In this document: piece by piece, positions 1 through 8,463 of the stretch
Layout of the letters: each line of letters starts with the position of its first letter
Numbering within the stretch: position 1 is the first letter of the stretch
Virus genome (UHGV): UHGV-0330108
Source: a virus
Strand: one strand, 5' to 3'
Length of the DNA stretch: 42,810 bases
Program-made: the position numbers and the translations under genes
Notes under the pieces: generated by a model
The model's input: the letters and a program-made list of their open reading frames with translations, nothing else
What the model was told of the DNA's origin: nothing
Database searches by the model: none

Positions 1-45
1 AAGAACAAGTATCTCAATCGCATGTGGGGAGAGCGTAAAGTATGA
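1..45 (+). CDS. 3' end of a CDS truncated by the window start (hypothetical protein)
   Basis: Frame-1 reading from position 1 is open until TGA at 43-45, overlapping the next ATG (ATGA). It is in frame with the 3'-truncated CDS at 42697-42810 if the molecule is circular. Confidence 0.3.
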   Translation, partial: KNKYLNRMWGERKV

Positions 46-227
46 CTGACCGTGAATACGAAAAGATGATGGTAGAGGCGGTTAGCAGCGGCGTAGACGT
101 AAGCCACGTGATGCACGTCCTGAATACTAAAATCGCAGTAGCGGAGCAAATGGTTGAGTCGCTTTACGAGACGCGCCGTGAACTGATTAACCGCTTCAAC
201 CTGAACAAAGGTGACACCAATGCCTAA
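42..227 (+). CDS. hypothetical protein (61 aa)
   Basis: ORF track; ATG start overlapping upstream stop; part of a same-strand array of short coupled genes. Confidence 0.5.
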   Translation: MTDREYEKMMVEAVSSGVDVSHVMHVLNTKIAVAEQMVESLYETRRELINRFNLNKGDTNA

Positions 228-510
228 AATCACAATCGCATCACTCGAGCGACGTATTCTGGTGCTTGAGTCGGAGAAACAGGTGCTAAACGGGCAGCTG
301 TCAATTAATGGTGAGTTTCAACTGGCAGCGTTTAAAGAGCTTTTGGCTATTAAGACACAAGAGCCGAACGTGTACGCCGGGTTGTTCGTCGGTGAAGACA
401 GTTCTTCTCTGGCTTATTACAACACGGCAACCGCAGCTTCAAAGGACGGGGCTGATGTGATAATCCCCCTGTACGACAATTTTGTCGGGCCAGAAGATGA
501 AAGCGCCTGA
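220..510 (+). CDS. hypothetical protein (~96 aa)
   Basis: ORF track frame 211-510; first ATG at 220 preceded by AAAGG; predicted coiled-coil-like N-terminus. Confidence 0.5.
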   Translation: MPKITIASLERRILVLESEKQVLNGQLSINGEFQLAAFKELLAIKTQEPNVYAGLFVGEDSSSLAYYNTATAASKDGADVIIPLYDNFVGPEDESA

Positions 511-679
511 ACCAGTAGTTATAGACGGCGTCCGGTGGAAGCCCTACTCGGTTAACCACATCGACGCCGATGGGAAGAAGTTCAGTTTCTACATTTTTGC
601 AATTAGCCGTGAGCACGCTGCGTGTGTGGTCGACGATATACGAGAAACGGCGTGGCTTGGCGATGAGATAGTGGGGTGA
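497..679 (+). CDS. hypothetical protein (~60 aa)
   Basis: ORF track frame 482-679; ATG at 497 preceded by GAAG; overlaps the previous gene's stop. Confidence 0.4.
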   Translation: MKAPEPVVIDGVRWKPYSVNHIDADGKKFSFYIFAISREHAACVVDDIRETAWLGDEIVG

Positions 680-683
680 GAGT

Positions 684-767
684 ATGAGTCTTGAGGTGGT
701 TATTGGTCTGGTCGGTCTTAGTTACTTCATTGGGTTATTGGTTGGATTTCTGTGGGGTAGATATTAA
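684..767 (+). CDS. small hydrophobic peptide (27 aa, MSLEVVIGLVGLSYFIGLLVGFLWGRY)
   Basis: Not in the ORF track (<60 aa). ATG at 684 preceded by GGGGTGAGAG; stop TAA overlaps ATG of the next gene at 767; single predicted TM helix. Confidence 0.3.
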   Translation: MSLEVVIGLVGLSYFIGLLVGFLWGRY

Positions 768-1048
768 TGGCGCGTACCGTTGCATCAAGATTCACTGATA
801 TTGAATCCGCGATAGAAGAAGCCGTTTATAGTAAATTCTGCAACCCATCTGCAACACATAACTATGGGGTTATTATTAAATACGGCAATTTTGAAATCAG
901 AAGGGTGCGTGCCGACCGTCCGCAAGAGTTTTTATGGACTACAGAAAGCCTCATTGAGCGATGCCACGTTTACACAAGCGGTGCACATACGATTTTTGTA
1001 GACCTGAACAAGAAAGATATTACCGTCGCTAAAGGAGAGATTAATTGA
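767..1048 (+). CDS. hypothetical protein (93 aa)
   Basis: ORF track; ATG start coupled to upstream stop. Confidence 0.5.
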   Translation: MARTVASRFTDIESAIEEAVYSKFCNPSATHNYGVIIKYGNFEIRRVRADRPQEFLWTTESLIERCHVYTSGAHTIFVDLNKKDITVAKGEIN

Positions 1049-1281
1049 TTACCAGCATTCCGAACCTGATTAAAGAATTTGGCACGATGGCCGAGACATG
1101 CCGTCAAACCGGCATCAACGAAATGACGATTGCTAAGTACAGCAAAGACGTTTATTGCGAGCGCCACGTAATTTATAACAACCGTCTGATGACTCACGTT
1201 AAGACAAGCCCAGTGTTATTCACGCGCCGTGGTATCACTAAAACTGAGCAACGTATTGCAAGAGGGGAGAGTGGAGAATGA
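1045..1281 (+). CDS. putative HTH DNA-binding protein (78 aa)
   Basis: TTG start at 1045 with AAGGAGAG 6 nt upstream; segment GTMAETCRQTGINEMTIAKY resembles a helix-turn-helix. Confidence 0.4.
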   Translation: MITSIPNLIKEFGTMAETCRQTGINEMTIAKYSKDVYCERHVIYNNRLMTHVKTSPVLFTRRGITKTEQRIARGESGE

Positions 1282-1466
1282 ACGAATTTTATGCCGTAGT
1301 CGATGCCTCTGGTGGTATCGTGTCCGTTACCAATAAAGATTATGATACACTCAAAGCTATATTCTTCTCTAAGGAAGAAGCAGAAAAAGCTATAACGAAG
1401 GCCAAACAGAAGACCCCTCAAATATACCTTAGGGTTAAAAGGGTAGGGATTCTGGGACTGGGTTAA
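1278..1466 (+). CDS. hypothetical protein (62 aa)
   Basis: ORF track; ATG preceded by GGGGAGAGTGGAGA; overlaps upstream stop. Confidence 0.5.
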   Translation: MNEFYAVVDASGGIVSVTNKDYDTLKAIFFSKEEAEKAITKAKQKTPQIYLRVKRVGILGLG

Positions 1467-1574
1467 ATGAAGCTACTAATCATCCCGAACGCCTGGGCTA
1501 TCGCTGTAGCTAACGACCCTTACGGCGGCGACGGTAAAAGAGCGCCCCGACACGGCCTATATCCTGACCAACAA

Positions 1575-1596
1575 GCCCTCTACGGAGGGCTTTTCT
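1575..1596 (+). terminator. putative rho-independent terminator (GCCCTC-TACG-GAGGGC + TTTT)
   Basis: 6-bp GC stem, tetraloop and T-run read directly; lies between the small-gene block and the terminase operon. Confidence 0.4.
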
Positions 1597-1690
1597 GTAC
1601 ATCCCGCCCAATCCCCCTATATAATCCCTTTAGACGCGTAGGGCGCGTCTGGTGCGCTCTGATGGTCAGACGCATATGTCAGGGGGTTAT

Positions 1691-2236
1691 ATGAAACTTA
1701 CACTTAAGCAACCATCACCTGAGGTGGTGCAAGCGGCACATGAAGAGGCTGTTAGCGCCAACCGTCGCCGTAAACGACCGCGCGGTAAACAGAGCCTTTA
1801 CCAGTCATCCCGTAATTCCGCCGCGTTGTGGGACCCGGACTATTGCGACGAATTGATTCGTTTCTTCGACCGCACGTCGTGGGAATTCGAGCTTACGCCG
1901 AAAGGTGAAAAACGCGCGCTTATGCAGGATAAACCGCCATCTCTGGTCCGATTCGCACTACACATAGGGGTGACTATCCCAATTATTAATCTGTGGCTGC
2001 GCGAGATTCCTGCATTTGCGGAAGCCTATGAAACCGCGAAAGCGCTTGAAGAGGCTTACTTCCTAGAAAACGGGGCTATCGGAATCTCGGCCAGATTCGC
2101 TGCCGCTAAGCTGGGCCTCGGCAAAGAGAAACCAGTTGAGTCCGCCGAAGAAACAGCACCGACTGAGATTATTTTCAGTGTTGCAGAGCCTGTAGGTAAA
2201 ATTGTAACAACTAACATGGGCGAGGTGGAGGAATGA
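1691..2236 (+). CDS. putative terminase small subunit
   Basis: ORF track frame 1652-2236; ATG at 1691 has AGGGGG upstream; basic stretch ANRRRKRPRGKQ; stop overlaps the large terminase start. Call is positional. Confidence 0.5.
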   Translation: MKLTLKQPSPEVVQAAHEEAVSANRRRKRPRGKQSLYQSSRNSAALWDPDYCDELIRFFDRTSWEFELTPKGEKRALMQDKPPSLVRFALHIGVTIPIINLWLREIPAFAEAYETAKALEEAYFLENGAIGISARFAAAKLGLGKEKPVESAEETAPTEIIFSVAEPVGKIVTTNMGEVEE

Positions 2237-3483
2237 GTATTCAGCTATCTGCACCACAGGCGTTGTTCCTGAACTGCGATAATAAATACAAGGCCTATGT
2301 CGGCGGCTTCGGCAGCGGCAAGACGTTTGTCGGCTGCCTTGACCTGCTTACGTTCATGCTCAAGCACCCCGGTACGCGCCTCGGCTACTTCGGCCCGACA
2401 TACCCGGCTATCCGCGACATCTTCTACCCGACATTCGAGGAAGCGGCTAACCTGCTCGGCCTTGATGTGCTGGTTAAATCCGGCGACAAAGAAGTCGTGG
2501 TTACTCGCGGTAAGACGGTGCTCGGAACTGTTATCTGCCGTTCTATGGACAACCCAGGCTCGATAGTCGGCTTCAAAATCGCCGCTGCTGTCGTGGATGA
2601 GCTGGACGTATTGAGCCGCGAGAAAGCCGAGTTGGCGTGGAACAAAATCGTAGCGCGTATGCGTCTTGTTATTCCTGGTGTAACCAACCACATCTCCGTT
2701 ACCACGACGCCGGAAGGGTTCAAGTTCGTTTACGCCAAGTTCAAAGAGAATCCGACACCGAGTTATTCAATGGTGCAGGCTTCCACTCACGAGAACGCGC
2801 GGTTCCTGCCGCCTGACTACATTAGTTCGCTGACCGAGACTTACCCCGCGCAACTGATTAACGCGTACCTGAACGGGGAGTTCGTCAACCTGACATCCGG
2901 CAGCGTGTACTACGCCTATGACCGCCGTAAGCATCGCAGCAAAGAGACAATTCAACCGGGTGACACGTTGTACATCGGGCAGGACTTCAACGTTACGAAG
3001 AACGCCAGCGCCGTGTATGTACAGCGTAAAGATGGCTGGCACGCGGTGGCGGAACTGAAGGGTCTGTTCGATACGCCAGACACCGTGCGTGTAATTACTG
3101 AGAAGTGGAAGTCCCAAGGACACCGCATCGTCGTTTACCCCGACGCCAGCGGCAAGAACCGCAAGACAAACTCGGCATCAATCTCAGATATCGCATTACT
3201 CCAGCAGGCCGGTTTTGATGTTCGCGCTAAATCGGCCAACCCTCCGGTTAAAGACCGTGTTTTAGCAGTGAATACCGCGCTGGAAAAAGGTAAGCTGTGG
3301 GTTAATGACCACTTATGCCCGGAGATAGCCAAGACGCTGGAGCAGCAGGCATACGACGATAACGGAGAGCCCGCTAAAGACGGCGTTATCGACCATATGG
3401 CGGATGCTCTCGGCTATCCTGTAGTTTACGAGATGCCGGTGGTTAAACCAGTAATCAACATCCCGGTGACTTTCGCACTTTAA
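2233..3483 (+). CDS. terminase large subunit
   Basis: Walker A-like YVGGFGSGKTFVGCL near the N-terminus; 416 aa; sits immediately upstream of the portal gene. Confidence 0.9.
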   Translation: MSIQLSAPQALFLNCDNKYKAYVGGFGSGKTFVGCLDLLTFMLKHPGTRLGYFGPTYPAIRDIFYPTFEEAANLLGLDVLVKSGDKEVVVTRGKTVLGTVICRSMDNPGSIVGFKIAAAVVDELDVLSREKAELAWNKIVARMRLVIPGVTNHISVTTTPEGFKFVYAKFKENPTPSYSMVQASTHENARFLPPDYISSLTETYPAQLINAYLNGEFVNLTSGSVYYAYDRRKHRSKETIQPGDTLYIGQDFNVTKNASAVYVQRKDGWHAVAELKGLFDTPDTVRVITEKWKSQGHRIVVYPDASGKNRKTNSASISDIALLQQAGFDVRAKSANPPVKDRVLAVNTALEKGKLWVNDHLCPEIAKTLEQQAYDDNGEPAKDGVIDHMADALGYPVVYEMPVVKPVINIPVTFAL

Positions 3484-3495
3484 GAGGATTATTCA

Positions 3496-4977
3496 ATGTT
3501 AACTATGAACGGTCAGAATCAGGGTGTTAAGACAAAACACCGGGAATGGCTGCATCACTTCAATAAATGGCAGAAGGTACGCCACGCGCTGGAAGGCGAC
3601 CTTATTCGCTATCTGCGCAACGTCGGGAAGAATGAGCCAGACCAGAAATACGCAGCCCAGCGCCAGGAAGAATACGAGAATGGTGCTATCTGCTACAACT
3701 TCACTAAACGTACCCTGGCGGGGATGGTTGGCAGTGTCATGCGCAAAGACCCCGAGCAGATTATCCCGCCTGAACTGGAGTACCTGTTGCGCAACGCCGA
3801 CGGTTCCGGTGTCGGGCTGTGGCAGCACGCGCAGGATACGCTAATGGAGATTGACTCGGTTGGTCGTGGCGGGTTGCTGGTGGACGCCCCGGAGACAGCC
3901 GCAGCAACGGCGGCAGAGCAGAACGCAGGGTTGTTAAACCCGGTCATCGCATTCTACACCGCAGAGAACATCATCAACTGGCGGCTGACACGCATCGGTT
4001 CAGTTAACCGCGTGACAATGGTCGTGTTGCGTGAGGTGTGGGAATACTCAGAACCGGGTGCAGAGTTCGAAACCAAGTTCGGTGAGCAATACCGCGTTCT
4101 TGATTTGATTGACGGGCGCTACCGCCAGCGCATTTACCGATTCGACGCCGAAGGCGGTGCGCAGAATGAAGTAATCGAAATATTCCCGGAACTTGGCGAA
4201 CAGTTACGCGGCAAAATCCCGTTCACGTTCATTGGCGCAAGCAACAACGACGCCACTATCGACGATGCGCCTTTGCTGCCGTTGGCTGAGCTCAATATCG
4301 GGCATTTCCGTAACAGTGCGGACAACGAGGAATCCAGCTTCGTTGTAGGCCAGCCTACTTTGTTCATCGCCCCTGGTGAGAACATGAGCATGGAGCAGTG
4401 GAAAGAGGCTAACCCGCACGGTGTGCGCATGGGGTCGCGTTCAGGCCATAACATTGGCTACGGCGGCAATGCGTTTCTGGTTCAGGCTGGGGAGAACAAC
4501 CTGGCCAAACAGAACATGCTGGATAAAGAGAATCAGGCAATCCAGATTGGCGCACAGCTTATCACCCCGACGCAGCAAATCACCGCGGAGTCAGCCCGCC
4601 TGCAACGTGGTGCTGATACTTCAGTTATGGCAACAATCGCACGTAACGTAAGCATGGCGTACACTGATGCGCTGCGCTGGGTGGCTGCGATGCTGGGGCT
4701 ACGTGAAGGCACCGAGGTTGAGTTCAAGCTGAATATGGAGTTCTTCCTGCAACCGATGACCGCGCAAGACCGAGCGCAGTGGATGGCGGATATTAACGCT
4801 GGCCTGCTACCAGCTACCGCTTATTATGCTGCGTTGCGTAAAGCTGGCGTAACTGACTGGACAGACGAGGACATTCAGAACGCTATCGAGGATGCACCAT
4901 TGCCGTTGAGGGCCGTTACCCAAGTGGCAGGAGAGATTCCGCAGTCGGCGCAGCAACAGGAAGCCACCCAGCAGTAA
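3496..4977 (+). CDS. portal protein
   Basis: 493 aa ORF directly after the large terminase, AAGAGGA RBS; position and size typical of portal proteins. Confidence 0.8.
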   Translation: MLTMNGQNQGVKTKHREWLHHFNKWQKVRHALEGDLIRYLRNVGKNEPDQKYAAQRQEEYENGAICYNFTKRTLAGMVGSVMRKDPEQIIPPELEYLLRNADGSGVGLWQHAQDTLMEIDSVGRGGLLVDAPETAAATAAEQNAGLLNPVIAFYTAENIINWRLTRIGSVNRVTMVVLREVWEYSEPGAEFETKFGEQYRVLDLIDGRYRQRIYRFDAEGGAQNEVIEIFPELGEQLRGKIPFTFIGASNNDATIDDAPLLPLAELNIGHFRNSADNEESSFVVGQPTLFIAPGENMSMEQWKEANPHGVRMGSRSGHNIGYGGNAFLVQAGENNLAKQNMLDKENQAIQIGAQLITPTQQITAESARLQRGADTSVMATIARNVSMAYTDALRWVAAMLGLREGTEVEFKLNMEFFLQPMTAQDRAQWMADINAGLLPATAYYAALRKAGVTDWTDEDIQNAIEDAPLPLRAVTQVAGEIPQSAQQQEATQQ

Positions 4978-4987
4978 GTTCACCTAT

Positions 4988-5009
4988 AGCCCCGAAAGGG
5001 GCTTTCTTA
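4988..5009 (+). terminator. hairpin / weak terminator between portal and head morphogenesis genes
   Basis: AGCCCC-GAAA-GGGGCT followed by TTCTTA. Confidence 0.35.
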
Positions 5010-5013
5010 TAGT

Positions 5014-6090
5014 ATGCTATTAACTTTAGCGCCACAGGGTTTATCTATGAGCTTACTTACATCACTAATCAGCCACCAGATATGGCTACAACGCACCGCT
5101 TCCGGCGAAGTGAAAGACCTCGCACCGTTTATTCAGGAGATGCGGGACGAAATCAAACGGCAGGTGTTGCTATTCGGTGACGACGACCGCAGCACCGCGC
5201 GACTGAATAAACTGTTACGTGACCTTGAAGAAGCACTGGCAGGACTTACAGGTGACTGGCAAACAAAGCTGACAGAAGACCTTAAGGAACTGGCGGCGTA
5301 TGAGGCTGAGTGGAACGTAAAGACGCTGACGGCTAACGTTAACGCTGAATTTGTTACGCCTACCGCTGAGCAGGTGTGGTCCGCTGCCGAGTTTCAACCC
5401 TTATCATTAAGCGACAAGCCTGTTGATTTCACGAAGCTGATGTCAGGTTGGGGTGAAACGGAAGTAGCACGTCTTGTAACAGGCGTTAAGATGGGCTTTG
5501 TTCAGGGCAAGACTACGCGGCAGATTGTTGCGGAAGTAGTCGGTAAAGGCGGGCTGGCTGACGTATCAGAGAAATACTCGGCTACGGTAATTCGCACCGC
5601 GCTATCACATGTGTCCAATGAAGCCCGTAACGAGACGTATCACCAGAACGACGACATCATCGAGAAGTACGAGTGGGTGTCAACGCTCGATAGCCGTACC
5701 AGTACGATTTGCAGAGCCAGGGACGGGATGACGTGGGAAATAGGTAAAGGCCCAATGCCGCCCGCCCATCCGAATTGCCGAAGCACCACTGCGCCTGTAA
5801 TCAGTTCCGAGTTCGACTTCCTCGATAAAGGTGCAAAACGGGCGGCTAAGGGTGCAGAAGGCGGTACTCAGGTAAGCGCGGACACCACCTATTACGAGTT
5901 CCTTAAACAACAACCGGCATGGTTTCAGGATGAAGCACTCGGGCCAACCCGCGGTAAGATTTTCCGTAACAGCGGTATATCACCGGAAGAGTTTCGCGTA
6001 ATATCTGTAGATGGTTTCGGGAACCCGCTCTCGCTTAAGCAGATGGCGGAACTCGATAAACGTGTTGCTGATTATCTGAAAGGGGATTAA
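5014..6090 (+). CDS. head morphogenesis protein (Mu F / SPP1 gp7-like minor head protein)
   Basis: Motif WVSTLDSRTSTICRARDGMTW...PPAHPNCRST matches the Mu F-family signature; follows the portal gene. Confidence 0.8.
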   Translation: MLLTLAPQGLSMSLLTSLISHQIWLQRTASGEVKDLAPFIQEMRDEIKRQVLLFGDDDRSTARLNKLLRDLEEALAGLTGDWQTKLTEDLKELAAYEAEWNVKTLTANVNAEFVTPTAEQVWSAAEFQPLSLSDKPVDFTKLMSGWGETEVARLVTGVKMGFVQGKTTRQIVAEVVGKGGLADVSEKYSATVIRTALSHVSNEARNETYHQNDDIIEKYEWVSTLDSRTSTICRARDGMTWEIGKGPMPPAHPNCRSTTAPVISSEFDFLDKGAKRAAKGAEGGTQVSADTTYYEFLKQQPAWFQDEALGPTRGKIFRNSGISPEEFRVISVDGFGNPLSLKQMAELDKRVADYLKGD

Positions 6091-6551
6091 TGATGGGCTT
6101 TTTCAAAGTAACTGACGTACCTTCGCGTCGCGTAGTCCAGTACGCCCGCGTGTCTGGCTCTGGCGAGAACGTGGTGTTTATCGAAGACGAAAGTGTACTC
6201 GGCTCACCGGTAGACGATATGCCGTTTGCGGATAAAACCGGTATTGCGTTGCCAGCGGCTGGTATGCTTTACGAGATTCCGTATCTGGCTGACGCTGGCG
6301 ATGTGTATTTCTCGGCGCAACCGCAGGACGCTGAACTGGCAGACGGCGGCGCAACTATCACCGTCGAAGTTAATGCAGGTAAAGCACCGTACGCGCTGAC
6401 CTGGTATAAAGACGGTAAGGAAGTGGTAAACGCCCCGGAAGAGGCTTTATCTCTGACGGTTAATTCAGTCGGCGAATACTTCGTCAAGGTTACCGATGCC
6501 GATGGTGTAGAGGCCGTAAGTAAAGCGGCGAAGGTTACGAAGCCAGAATGA
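6090..6551 (+). CDS. Ig-like domain protein (possible capsid decoration protein)
   Basis: C-terminal segment TVEVNAGKAPYALTWYKDGKEV...GEYFVKVTDADG is Ig-like; start ATGATG overlaps the previous stop. Confidence 0.5.
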   Translation: MMGFFKVTDVPSRRVVQYARVSGSGENVVFIEDESVLGSPVDDMPFADKTGIALPAAGMLYEIPYLADAGDVYFSAQPQDAELADGGATITVEVNAGKAPYALTWYKDGKEVVNAPEEALSLTVNSVGEYFVKVTDADGVEAVSKAAKVTKPE

Positions 6552-6554
6552 TAA

Positions 6555-6585
6555 AAGGCCCCTTACGGGGCCTTAGTTTTATTTG
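6555..6585. terminator. bidirectional rho-independent terminator
   Basis: AAGGCCCC-TTAC-GGGGCCTT flanked by an A-run upstream and AGTTTTATTT downstream, at a convergent gene junction. Confidence 0.55.
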
Positions 6586-6797
6586 AAGAATATCGCGAAT
6601 TTCTTGTAACCCGCTGGCTCGTTGCGCAGACCGTGTTCGTTAGCAAAACGTTGTATATTGTTAAAGTCATTTTCACCCATTCCGTCCGTATCGAACGTAA
6701 AGAAATTACGTTTGTTCCCGATAAGCACACGGCTTGTGATATCAATGCCGTAAAGTTCTTTGATGGCACGTACAACGTTTGCAGTAGCTTTGTTCAT
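6579..6797 (-). CDS. hypothetical protein (72 aa), isolated minus-strand gene
   Basis: ORF track frame 6579-6896; internal ATG at 6797 preceded by TAAGGAATTTGGAA; a TATAAT-containing 23-mer lies ~33 nt upstream. Confidence 0.5.
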   Translation of the reverse strand: MNKATANVVRAIKELYGIDITSRVLIGNKRNFFTFDTDGMGENDFNNIQRFANEHGLRNEPAGYKKFAIFFK

Positions 6798-6829
6798 TTC
6801 CAAATTCCTTATCTCTCGTTTCGATGTAA

Positions 6830-6852
6830 TGAATAGTACCCTATTATATTGG
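6830..6852 (-). promoter_or_regulatory. promoter/operator cassette TGAATAGTACCCTATTATATTGG (minus-strand TATAAT plus palindrome GAATAG-N4-CTATTA)
   Basis: Perfect TATAAT on the minus strand overlapping a 16-bp palindrome; the identical 23-mer recurs at 16043-16065. Confidence 0.45.
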
Positions 6853-6927
6853 TGTCTGCAAACTATTTGTTTACGTATTCCAGTTATTCCACTCAATTGT
6901 AAATGTTGGAATAAACTATTCGAATAG

Positions 6928-6956
6928 TTGACTTTTCACTAAAAATGTGCTAAGCT
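6928..6956 (+). promoter_or_regulatory. putative sigma70-like promoter (TTGACT-N17-TAAGCT, TG-extended) next to palindrome AACTATTCGAATAGTT
   Basis: -35 is a good match, -10 is weak; palindromic half-sites overlap the -35. Confidence 0.3.
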
Positions 6957-7180
6957 CCACCTGAGCTTGTGAAGTATGAACAAGCGACCGCGGCGCGGGC
7001 AGGTAACGGAGCGGGACGTAAGTCCTGAGTGTAGTTACGCTGACGCGTTCGGAAGGGCCATACTCTATTGCTTGTGTAAAAAGTAACTGGTTTACTGAGA
7101 TTACGCCGTTTCTATGTTTAAATGATAAGGACTAGCGCCCCGCTTTATGGCGGGGCTTTACTTATCGAGAAAGGAGAAAC

Positions 7181-7567
7181 ATGAATCTTAAAGCAACTGT
7201 CGTAGCTGGGGCGTGTTTCATCATCCTGGCTTACGCACACGGCATCTACCAGTATCGCACCGGCTGGAACGAAGGCCGGGCGAATCTCGTTTCGCGGCAA
7301 CAGCAGAAAGCACAGGCTGAGTTAGCGAAGAAAACACAACGGCAGCAGCAGGATGAATCAAAGGCCGCGGCCGCTGACAACGAAGGCAAGACGAAATCAG
7401 AGGTAATTACCCGTGAAGTCGTTAAGTACATTAGAACGCCTGGTCGCAGCGTGTGCACTTTCGATAATGCTCGCGTCCTGCTCAAGTCCCGCGCCGTCGC
7501 AAACGCCAATTCCATCCCCGGATACGACGATGATGCAGCCACCGTGCAAACTGGCAGCACCAAGTAG
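7181..7567 (+). CDS. putative i-spanin (Rz-like)
   Basis: N-terminal TM helix (ATVVAGACFIILAYAHGIY) then a charged, Q/A/K-rich periplasmic region; AAGGAG RBS; contains an embedded +1-frame lipoprotein ORF. Confidence 0.6.
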   Translation: MNLKATVVAGACFIILAYAHGIYQYRTGWNEGRANLVSRQQQKAQAELAKKTQRQQQDESKAAAADNEGKTKSEVITREVVKYIRTPGRSVCTFDNARVLLKSRAVANANSIPGYDDDAATVQTGSTK

Positions 7568-7676
7568 CGACGCTGACGAAGATTTAGCCATCGACGTTCA
7601 GAACGCCGAATGTGCACGGCAACTGAGGCTGAAAGTGTTCATGTTGCAGGATTACGTGAGGAATATTCTGGAATAG
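7413..7676 (+). CDS. putative o-spanin (Rz1-like lipoprotein), overlapping the i-spanin gene
   Basis: Signal peptide with lipobox LASC, then a proline-rich mature region (SPAPSQTPIPSPD...MMQPPC); starts inside 7181-7567 in another frame. Confidence 0.6.
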   Translation: MKSLSTLERLVAACALSIMLASCSSPAPSQTPIPSPDTTMMQPPCKLAAPSSDADEDLAIDVQNAECARQLRLKVFMLQDYVRNILE

Positions 7677-7758
7677 TTGCCTTGCATGTTGGAATAATTT
7701 ATTCTTGACATGTAAATCCGGGTGGCCCGGATTCCAACGTCCAGGGGACATACTGACT

Positions 7759-8463
7759 ATGAATCGTTTTTTACGTTATCCGTTCCAGGAAGAAGCTGGG
7801 GCAGAAGATAAATCTGGTGGCGGTGATGCGCCGAAAATGTTCACCGCTGAAGAAGTTCGGGCGCTGATTGAGAAAGAAGTTGCCGGGCTTAAGGCCAATC
7901 AGGAAGCATTACTGGCGGAGAAGAAAGAAGCCGCTCGTAAAGCAAAAGAGGCCGAAGAAGAACGGCAGCGCGCCCACCAGGAGGCGTTAAAAGCCGCTGG
8001 TAAAATGGACGAATTCGAAAAGACGATTCGTAGCCAGTATGACCCGGTGTTAGCCGAGAAAGATGGTCGCATCTCCAGAATGGCAGAGCGCATCCTCGGC
8101 AGCGAACGTAAAGCGGTGTTAGGCTCTTTCGCAGGTGACTTTATTACTCCGGAAGCAGTGGACATCCTCGCGCCGTTCGTTAAGACTGAGTTCGAAGGTG
8201 ATGACGTGGTTACTAAGTTTGTCGGCGCAGATGGCAATGTAATCACGACTGACCCGGAACAGTTCCGCAAATACTTGCGCGAACACAAAGCGTTTTCGCA
8301 TTTGATTAAAGCAAATGCAGCTTCCGGCGGCGGGGCTTCCGGTAGCAAAGGCGGCGGGGCCGCACCAGCGTTTAAAGACATGAGTGAAGCGGAGCGTATT
8401 GCTCTGTACGAATCGAACCCTGCCGAATTTGAACGGCAACTTAAAGCCCTGAGGAAAAAATAA
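7759..8463 (+). CDS. putative scaffolding protein
   Basis: ORF track frame 7705-8463, ATG at 7759; E/K/A-rich predicted coiled coil; immediately upstream of and coupled to the major capsid gene. Confidence 0.6.
   Translation: MNRFLRYPFQEEAGAEDKSGGGDAPKMFTAEEVRALIEKEVAGLKANQEALLAEKKEAARKAKEAEEERQRAHQEALKAAGKMDEFEKTIRSQYDPVLAEKDGRISRMAERILGSERKAVLGSFAGDFITPEAVDILAPFVKTEFEGDDVVTKFVGADGNVITTDPEQFRKYLREHKAFSHLIKANAASGGGASGSKGGGAAPAFKDMSEAERIALYESNPAEFERQLKALRKK

Noticed and set aside
1467-1694. 75-aa plus-strand ORF between the small-gene block and the small terminase gene
   Set aside because: Its 3' half runs through a terminator hairpin, a TATATAAT box and a second hairpin; the translation is Pro/Arg/Gly-rich and low-complexity. 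More likely a regulatory intergenic region, though a short real gene cannot be excluded.
6950-7180. Possible tRNA gene in the long GC-rich leader upstream of the spanin genes
   Set aside because: No recognisable T-loop (GTTCRANYC-like), D-loop or acceptor-stem pairing was seen on inspection; kept only as a candidate sRNA or leader.
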